NCBI RefSeq assembly: GCF_000284115.1
Contig: NC_017080.1
Location: 1,380,001 to 1,412,000 of the forward strand
Length of the DNA: 32,000 nucleotides
Reading direction: 5' to 3'
From: Phycisphaera mikurensis NBRC 102666
GTDB lineage: Bacteria > Planctomycetota > Phycisphaerae > Phycisphaerales > Phycisphaeraceae
The first letter of the stretch is position 1. The number at the start of each line of letters is the position of its first letter. This document shows, piece after piece, positions 26,326 to 32,000 of the stretch. The notes beneath the pieces are model-generated. The model made no database searches. It was not told the origin of the DNA and saw only the letters and a list, made by a program, of their open reading frames with translations. Position numbers and translations under genes: made by a program.

Positions 26326-27438
26326 ATGGCCTCCCCCGCCTCCCCCGCCTCCCCCGCCTCCCCCGCCTCCCCCGCCGACCGCGCCGCCTACCAACGCACC
26401 CGCCTCCGCTGCGGCGTCGCCGGGATCGGGATGATCCTCGTCGCGCTGTGGGCTGGCCTCGGCTTGGGCGTCCCGGCGCAGCTCGACCGGGTGCTGGTCG
26501 GCTGGGAAGGTCGGGCCGGCTTCGCGGTGGGCGCGGTGCTCGCGGCGGGGGCGGTGCTGCTGCAGCTGGGGCCCGACACGATCGCTCGGCACGCCGACCT
26601 GCGCGAGGGCGTCGCGGTGGCGGGGGAGCAGAAACGCTTCCTGAAGCGGTACTGGAGCGGCGTGCTCGGCTTCGCGGTGCAGGTGACGCTGGCGGCCGGC
26701 CTGGCGGGGGTGGCGCTGATGCCCCGGGAGGCATGGGCGGATCCGTGGCCGGGCTACGCGGCGGTCGCGGCGGCGCTGGGCCTGCTGTCGCTCGCGCGAA
26801 TCTTCCGAGATCCGACGCTGTCGATCGAGAGCGAGCCGTACGAGGTGGCGCCGGCGTGGATCGCGGCGCTGGAGTCGCGCCTGGAGCGGGCGGGCGAGGC
26901 CCGGCCGCCGATCCGCTGGTTCGACCACGGCGAGCACAGCCTCGCCGGCGGATGGGAGGGCTTCGGCGGGCGGCGGCGGCTGACGCTGTCGCGGAGCGTC
27001 GGCGAGCTGCCGCCGGAGGTCGCGGCGGGGCTGGTGCTCCGCGAGATCGGCCACGCGCGGAAGTGGCACCGCGGGATCAGCTGCCTCGTGAGCGCGGCGT
27101 GGCTGGCGCTCGGGGTCGCCCTCGGGTACGGCGCGGATCGCTGGCTTCTCGGCCCGCTGGGCACCGCCGGCCGCGTGTTCCTGCTGGCGGCGGTGATGTC
27201 GACCTGGTCCTGGGTCGGGCTCTTCGTGCTGCCGGCGCTCGGCCGGCGGCAGGTGCTCGCGGCCGACCGCTTCATGGCCGAGAAGCTCGGCGACCCCGAG
27301 GAGACCTCGACCGTCTTCGGCTGCCTCGCCGGCGGGAACCTGCCCGACGAGGACCTCGGTGCCGTCAAGAGGTACGTCTTCCACCCGATCCCGCCGCTGG
27401 CGGTCCGCCGGGCCGCTGCGCTGAAGAGTTTCGCATGA
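26326..27438 (+). CDS. Polytopic membrane protein, M48 (HtpX/Ste24)-like with a non-canonical metal site; N-terminal (Ala-Ser-Pro)5 repeat
   Basis: 370 aa from the ATG at 26326. Several TM helices. LVLREIGHARKWH sits where M48 peptidases have HExxH. The C-terminal AADRFMAEKLGDPE...VFHPIPPLAVRRAAAL parallels the M48 E-x-x-AD ... HP-x-x-x-x-R block. Confidence 0.7.
   Translation: MASPASPASPASPASPADRAAYQRTRLRCGVAGIGMILVALWAGLGLGVPAQLDRVLVGWEGRAGFAVGAVLAAGAVLLQLGPDTIARHADLREGVAVAGEQKRFLKRYWSGVLGFAVQVTLAAGLAGVALMPREAWADPWPGYAAVAAALGLLSLARIFRDPTLSIESEPYEVAPAWIAALESRLERAGEARPPIRWFDHGEHSLAGGWEGFGGRRRLTLSRSVGELPPEVAAGLVLREIGHARKWHRGISCLVSAAWLALGVALGYGADRWLLGPLGTAGRVFLLAAVMSTWSWVGLFVLPALGRRQVLAADRFMAEKLGDPEETSTVFGCLAGGNLPDEDLGAVKRYVFHPIPPLAVRRAAALKSFA
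26329..26373 (+). repeat. Five perfect tandem 9-nt units GCCTCCCCC (in frame, encoding ASP x5)
   Basis: Codons 2-16 of the M48-like gene. This extends the pyrimidine-rich + strand bias of element B into the CDS. Confidence 0.95.
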
Positions 27439-27557
27439 GCATCCTCCCCCGCTTCCTGTTCAGCCTCGGCGGCTGGACGCTGAACCTGATCTCCAGGTCT
27501 CTGCACTGCCAGGCCGGCCGCCCGCACACGCGCCAGCAACCGCCCGGTTGGGCCTGA
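27435..27557 (+). CDS. Possible 40-aa translationally coupled small ORF
   Basis: Its ATG overlaps the upstream TGA (ATGA at 27435-27438). Translation: MSILPRFLFSLGGWTLNLISRSLHCQAGRPHTRQQPPGWA. Third positions are almost all G/C (mostly C-ending, as in real genes here) and the N-terminus is hydrophobic. No family recognised. Confidence 0.3.
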   Translation: MSILPRFLFSLGGWTLNLISRSLHCQAGRPHTRQQPPGWA

Positions 27558-27690
27558 TCCGTCGCGGCGTTGCCGCTCCTGCTGCCCCGGTTCGACGATC
27601 CGTTGGTGGCAACGAGTTGACCCGCAGCGCCGGCTTCGCCCGCTCGGAGGCACACCCGCGCAGGCCAGAGCGAACGCAGCGACGCGAGAG

Positions 27691-28446
27691 TCACCCCGGC
27701 GAAGCCGGAGCGAAGCGCAGCGGGTGGATGCGGACGTCGACGCCGGGGCTGGCGGTCGCGTGATCCCACGGGCGGTCCGGGCGGCCGATGCCGGGCAGGT
27801 CGTCCAGCGCAAAGAGGGCATCGTCGCCGACGGGCACCTCGGCCTGCTGCAGGCGGTACGGGGCGTGGTCGACGCGGCCGACCAGGAGGCGCTGCTTCGG
27901 ATCGTCCCACGCGTACAGCAGGTAGCGCTCGACAAGGAAGTGCTCCAGCGTGCCGGGCTCCGCGGCCGCGAGCGGCCCCACCCCGCGCCAGCGGAAGCGG
28001 CAGGCCGACCGCGGATCGGCCCCGTGCCGCAGGCTCTCGAAGGTGAGCGAGCCGTCGATGTGGCCGGTCGTGGTGATCCGGGCCCGGAAGTACGGCAGGC
28101 GGAAGAAGCGGCGGGCGATCTCGACGGCGAGCGCCTGGCTCGCGTCCAGCGAGAAGAACCAGACCCCGGGCCGGCCGTCGGGGCCGAGCACGTACGTCCG
28201 CAGGTTCAGCTCGCCGAAGCTGGAGAGCCCGGGCACCGCCGGCAGGAAGCGAGGCCGCACGCCACGCATCAGGAAGGGGACCACGCCGATCCAGGCGTGC
28301 GCGTCGAAGGTGTCGACCGTCAGCCCCTCCGGGAGCAACGCCCGCACCGCCTCCGCGTCCACCCGCCAGTGCAGGAACAGCAGGTTCCGCCACTTCTGGT
28401 GCATCACGACGGGGCCGTCCGGTTCGCCGAGGGGGGTCGCTTCCAT
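27691..28446 (-). CDS. DUF2071 (YqjF-like) family protein
   Basis: 251 aa. WRNLLFLHWRV, LPEGLTVDTFDAHAWIGVVPFLM and FGELNLRTYV match my recollection of DUF2071. Confidence 0.8.
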   Translation of the reverse strand: MEATPLGEPDGPVVMHQKWRNLLFLHWRVDAEAVRALLPEGLTVDTFDAHAWIGVVPFLMRGVRPRFLPAVPGLSSFGELNLRTYVLGPDGRPGVWFFSLDASQALAVEIARRFFRLPYFRARITTTGHIDGSLTFESLRHGADPRSACRFRWRGVGPLAAAEPGTLEHFLVERYLLYAWDDPKQRLLVGRVDHAPYRLQQAEVPVGDDALFALDDLPGIGRPDRPWDHATASPGVDVRIHPLRFAPASPG

Positions 28447-28465
28447 CGGCCCCTACTGTCGCAGA

Positions 28466-29557
28466 ATGCCCGCAGACGCGACGAAACAGGATGTCATGGC
28501 CGAGCTGTCGCAGGTGATGGACCCGGAACTCAAACGCGACGTGGTGACGCTGAACATGGTCCAGCGGGTCGACGTGAGAGACGGCACCGCCACCGTGGAG
28601 GTCAAGCTCCCCGCTCGGCTGAGCAAGCAGCGCGAGGCGATGCGGGCCGCCATCCGCGAGGCCGTCGGGCGGACCGGGCTCACGCCCGAGGTCGCGATGG
28701 CCAGCTCGCTCTCCGGCGGCGAGGAGCCGGCGTCGAACGGACCCGCTCCCGCGCCCGCGCTGCCGGGGGTCCGCCACGTCATCGCGGTCGGCGCCGGCAA
28801 GGGCGGCGTGGGCAAGAGCACGCTGGCCCTGAACCTCGCCGTCGGCCTCGCGCGGCTGGGCCGCAAGTCCGGCGTCCTCGACGGCGACATCTACGGGCCG
28901 TCGATCCCCACGATGCTCGGCACCGACCGCTACCAGGTCCGCGCCAGCGGCAAGACGCTGATCCCCTTCGAGCTGCACGGCGTGAAGGCGATGACGATCG
29001 GGGCCCTGGTCGACGACGACAAGCCCTTGATCTGGCGCGGCCCCATGGCCCACGGGGCCTTCCAGCAGCTCGCCACGCAGACCGACTGGGGCGAGCTCGA
29101 CGAGCTCGTCGTCGACCTCCCGCCGGGCACCGGCGACGTGCCGCTGACGCTGAGCCAGACGCTGCCGCTCACCGGTGCCGTCATCGTCTGCACCCCGCAG
29201 AAGGTCGCCCAGGACGACGCTCGCCGGGCCATCGCGATGTTCCGCCAGCTCAACGTCGAGGTGCTGGGTCTGGTCGAGAACATGAGCTTCTTCGTGTGCG
29301 ACCACGGCACCGAGTACGACCTCTTCGGCCGCGGCGGCGCCGAGCTGCTGGCGAGCCAGGAGGGCATCCCCTTCCTGGGCTCGCTGCCGATCCACCCGCT
29401 GCTCCGCGTCCACGCCGACGCGGGCGATCCGTCGGCGAACTTCGACCGGGACGAGTCGCTGAAGGCGTCGCTCGAAGGCATCTGCCGGACGCTGATGGAC
29501 CAGGTGGCGGTGGTGGACCTGGAGGGGGCCCGGGCCCCGACGCTGACGGTGCGGTGA
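28466..29557 (+). CDS. apbC: Mrp/ApbC/NBP35-family P-loop ATPase (Fe-S cluster carrier homolog) with altered CXXC motif
   Basis: 363 aa. N-terminal DUF59-like VMDPELKRDVVTLNMV. Deviant Walker A GKGGVGKST. DGDIYGPSIP, DLPPGTGD and VENMS blocks. The expected C-x-x-C after VENMS reads CDHG. Confidence 0.85.
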   Translation: MPADATKQDVMAELSQVMDPELKRDVVTLNMVQRVDVRDGTATVEVKLPARLSKQREAMRAAIREAVGRTGLTPEVAMASSLSGGEEPASNGPAPAPALPGVRHVIAVGAGKGGVGKSTLALNLAVGLARLGRKSGVLDGDIYGPSIPTMLGTDRYQVRASGKTLIPFELHGVKAMTIGALVDDDKPLIWRGPMAHGAFQQLATQTDWGELDELVVDLPPGTGDVPLTLSQTLPLTGAVIVCTPQKVAQDDARRAIAMFRQLNVEVLGLVENMSFFVCDHGTEYDLFGRGGAELLASQEGIPFLGSLPIHPLLRVHADAGDPSANFDRDESLKASLEGICRTLMDQVAVVDLEGARAPTLTVR

Positions 29558-29612
29558 GAGCCTGTTCCGGTGGGACCGATCCGGTGGAGTGGCGACCGCC
29601 GGGCGCGTGAGG

Positions 29613-29632
29613 CGCAAAACGAAAGGTTGCGA
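29613..29632 (+). promoter_or_regulatory. Second copy of the CGCAAAA...AAGGTTGCGA palindromic motif
   Basis: CGCAAAACGAAAGGTTGCGA: the same flanks as 239-253 with 5 extra central nt. It is followed by the palindromes GGCGTGACGCC (29636-29646) and TTGAC-N10-GTCAA. Confidence 0.35.
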
Positions 29633-29779
29633 CGGCGGCGTGACGCCTTGACGGGGGGGGATTGTCAAAGTGGAGAAGGTGACCGCATCCACTCCACCAT
29701 CCCGGCGGGGGCCCGCCGGGGGCGGGAGTCCGTGCATCCCCCCGGCCGGTACCCGTGACCGGTCTCCAGGAGCCACGCG

Positions 29780-31408
29780 GTGAACGCTTGGCGCCGGCTT
29801 CTGCGCGGGTTCCGGTTGGAGTGGGCGTTGTGGTGTGGGTCGGTGAGGAGCCGCGGCCTGCCGTGGGAGCACCCGCGTGTGGCCCGCTGGCTGCGGCGGC
29901 CGCACCGGTCGGGTGCGGTTGCGGCCTGCGCCGGTTTGGTGGTCCTGCTCGCCGGGGGCCTCGCGATCGGCTCGCGGGGCGGCGGCCGGGAGGCGCGGCC
30001 GGCCGCGTGGGGTCCCGCAGAGCCCGCGGGGCTCACGGTGCTCCGCTCGGCGGACGCGCCGGAGCGGGCGGGTGTGCCCCTCGCGGGCCGGCAGCTTCGG
30101 AGCGACGGTTCCGCTGCACAAGTGCGATTCCAGCGGCAGTGTGTGAACGGTGCGGAGGCTATAACGGTTTGCCGAAGGATGTTCTGGCCGAATGCCTCCG
30201 TGCGAAGTGCTTGTCGCGAACCAGGAAAGTCTATGTCCATCGATCCAGTCTTTCTTCCCGCACGTCGTCTCGTCTTTACAGGCAGAGTGCTGTCATCAGT
30301 GACGATGTGTGCAACGCTTTTGTTCGTTTCACTCTGCTGCGTGTTCGCACGGGCCGAAACACCGCACAACGACCCGCTGGCTGCGGTTCAGGCGTACAGC
30401 AGAGCGGTCAATGGCATCGACTACGTGTTGGAGCAGAGAATGGTCCAGCGGAATGAGGGCCCGGAGCAGGCCGTCGATGAGCCGGGCGCAGAAGGCGAGC
30501 TCCCCATCGGGGCGGTCCCTCTCGTTCCCGTTGTGAGCGAGATGCTGGATCTGAAGGTGGCGGTGTCTCACCGGGACGGCGCAACGCGGATCCTGGAGCG
30601 GGAGGTGAAGATCCTTCAGGAGATGCCGGGCGGTGAAGTCTTCGACAACCACTACGGCGAGGACGTGCAGGGGACCGGCTACGTCGTGATGGTCGACGCG
30701 CCGGCCCGGGGTGAGGAGGTGATCTTCGGGCTTGGCAACGGCGTCGACCGCTTCGAGGGGGGGCTCATCCACGACGAGATCGATTGGGGCTACTTCAACG
30801 GGAGTCTCTACTTCAGGGGTCCGTACCCGCTGGCCATGGCTCGATTCGCGAGCAATGAACTTCTGGGACCCGCGTTCTGGGAGCGTTGCGAGGTGATTGC
30901 TCTGGAAGGGGGGCAATCCCTGTTCACCTGGAGCGAAGATTCGCTGCGACACCGGTGGGTTTTCAACACACGGGGACCGATCGGGCTCGTTTCCTACGAG
31001 GCAGAGACCACCGCGTTCGGCGACGAGGAGCTCACCGTGTTCCGGATGGACACACTGGAGTCGCAGGCGCGGGGAGCGTTCGACCTTCCGTCAACGGCGG
31101 TCGCGGTCACCTACTACGTGGATGTCGACGTCCCCGCAACCTTCCCCGCCTTCCGGGTGGACCTGCGGTACGAGATCGGGCCCGGCACGTTGCCCCGGCC
31201 GGGAAGCGTGGAGAGTCTGTACACCAGATGGCCTGCTCACGCCGTGGTGCAGGAGCGGCGGATCCAGCGGGAGATCGCTTTGGGTGGCGAGCCCGAGGTC
31301 CTGACCGATGAGCGGATTGCGGATTGCGTGGCCGAACAGCTGGCCGAGGAGGCGGAGGCCCGGGCGGCCGCGGAACGGATCCTCGAATCCGCGGAGGCGC
31401 CCCGGTGA
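29780..31408 (+). CDS. Hypothetical protein, probably exported; start uncertain (GTG 29780, ATG 30233 or ATG 30305)
   Basis: Open frame from 29780 to 31408. GTG 29780 has AGGAG 7 nt upstream. ATG 30233 has AGGAAA upstream and leads into a signal-like MCATLLFVSLCCVFARAE. Region 30120-30360 is markedly AT-richer and looks like a 5' regulatory region, which favours the internal start. No family recognised. Confidence 0.6.
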   Translation: MNAWRRLLRGFRLEWALWCGSVRSRGLPWEHPRVARWLRRPHRSGAVAACAGLVVLLAGGLAIGSRGGGREARPAAWGPAEPAGLTVLRSADAPERAGVPLAGRQLRSDGSAAQVRFQRQCVNGAEAITVCRRMFWPNASVRSACREPGKSMSIDPVFLPARRLVFTGRVLSSVTMCATLLFVSLCCVFARAETPHNDPLAAVQAYSRAVNGIDYVLEQRMVQRNEGPEQAVDEPGAEGELPIGAVPLVPVVSEMLDLKVAVSHRDGATRILEREVKILQEMPGGEVFDNHYGEDVQGTGYVVMVDAPARGEEVIFGLGNGVDRFEGGLIHDEIDWGYFNGSLYFRGPYPLAMARFASNELLGPAFWERCEVIALEGGQSLFTWSEDSLRHRWVFNTRGPIGLVSYEAETTAFGDEELTVFRMDTLESQARGAFDLPSTAVAVTYYVDVDVPATFPAFRVDLRYEIGPGTLPRPGSVESLYTRWPAHAVVQERRIQREIALGGEPEVLTDERIADCVAEQLAEEAEARAAAERILESAEAPR

Positions 31409-31716
31409 TTGTCCCCGACGATTCCCATGGTTCGGGTGAGGCGGTGGTGGCTCGGCGATCCCCGCTGGCGCGGGGAGGGCTGCTCGCGGTCGCTGCCGTT
31501 TTCGGGGCGTCCGCGTGGTGGAAGGCCCTGCCGGGGGGCCTGCGTGAAGAAGCATCGGCACCGACGCTCTTCGAGAGCTTCGCTGCCTGGGCCGGGCAGG
31601 CGGCCTGGTGGGTGGTCGCCGCGGAGGCCGCTCTGGCGGTGTTCCTGTGCGTCGGCGCCTTCCAGCCCCGCCTGCGGCAGCCGTCCGTCGCGCGCGGCGC
31701 TGCCACGACTGGTTGA
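31405..31716 (+). CDS. Small hypothetical membrane protein (two hydrophobic segments)
   Basis: GTG overlaps the upstream stop (GTGA at 31405-31408). 103 aa. LLAVAAVFGASAWW and AAWWVVAAEAALAVFLCVGAF are TM-like. Confidence 0.45.
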   Translation: MIVPDDSHGSGEAVVARRSPLARGGLLAVAAVFGASAWWKALPGGLREEASAPTLFESFAAWAGQAAWWVVAAEAALAVFLCVGAFQPRLRQPSVARGAATTG

Positions 31717-31729
31717 GGAGTCTGGCGCC

Positions 31730-32000
31730 ATGAAGCTGTTCTCCGCCGCACGCGCGGCGTCGTCCTGCGCGGCGGTGTGCCGCGGGTGCGGCCCGCGGGC
31801 CGCGGAGCCCCCGGGTTCCGAAACGACGCCTCCGCCCGCCGCGGCGTCCCGGAGCGACGCACCGGGCCCGCGGCAGGACGACGACCCACCCCCGTGGGTC
31901 CGCTTCCACGACTTCCACGACGAACCGGGTTGGTCGGAGCGCCTCGGCGGCGGCGGATACCTCCCCGTGCCCGACCCCGCGGCCCCGGGCGGGGCGGTCT
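31730..32000 (+). CDS. Hypothetical putative lipoprotein, 5' part (runs off the window)
   Basis: The ATG at 31730 is preceded by GGAG 9 nt upstream. MKLFSAARAASSC is a lipobox-like signal, followed by a Pro-rich region. The frame stays open to the window end. Confidence 0.4.
   Translation, partial: MKLFSAARAASSCAAVCRGCGPRAAEPPGSETTPPPAAASRSDAPGPRQDDDPPPWVRFHDFHDEPGWSERLGGGGYLPVPDPAAPGGAV

Overview
This is a very GC-rich bacterial chromosomal window, roughly 70% G+C by eye, so long spurious ORFs occur in all six frames. About 32 CDSs are supportable. I found no rRNA, tRNA, CRISPR array, transposase or integrase.

The gene content suggests a PVC-superphylum, Phycisphaerae/Planctomycetota-like organism (inference): a PEP-CTERM protein, a prepilin-type FTLIELL protein, a futalosine-pathway radical SAM enzyme and an orphan secretin.

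Confident housekeeping calls:
- xylA, queC and queF (divergent)
- rpmA-obg, coaX, floA, pdxA
- an apbC/mrp homolog, a YraN-family gene, pdeM, and an MqnE-like radical SAM gene
- an isochorismatase-family hydrolase and a GH51-like glycosidase

Observations most worth follow-up:
1. Two related intergenic elements (24395-24615 and 26048-26325) have homopurine/homopyrimidine inverted arms, 8-nt tandem units and a (CT)18 microsatellite. Both share conserved blocks directly 5' of minus-strand start codons.
2. A two-domain protein (18894-20024) fuses an archaeal-adenylate-kinase-like domain with a degenerate Walker A to a nucleoside 2-deoxyribosyltransferase-like domain. It is divergent from floA.
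3. A same-strand run of an orphan secretin, one pseudopilin-like gene and a PEP-CTERM trypsin-like protease (6810-12904).
4. A lower-GC hypothetical operon at the 3' end (about 29.6-32 kb). Its upstream region shares an AT-rich palindromic motif with the upstream region of a stand-alone sigma region-4 protein at 323-544.
5. Several homologs with altered signature motifs: an M48-like protein with REIGH in place of HEXXH, an ApbC homolog with CDHG in place of CXXC, and a short MnmE-like GTPase.

All family assignments rest on motif recognition from memory, not database searches.
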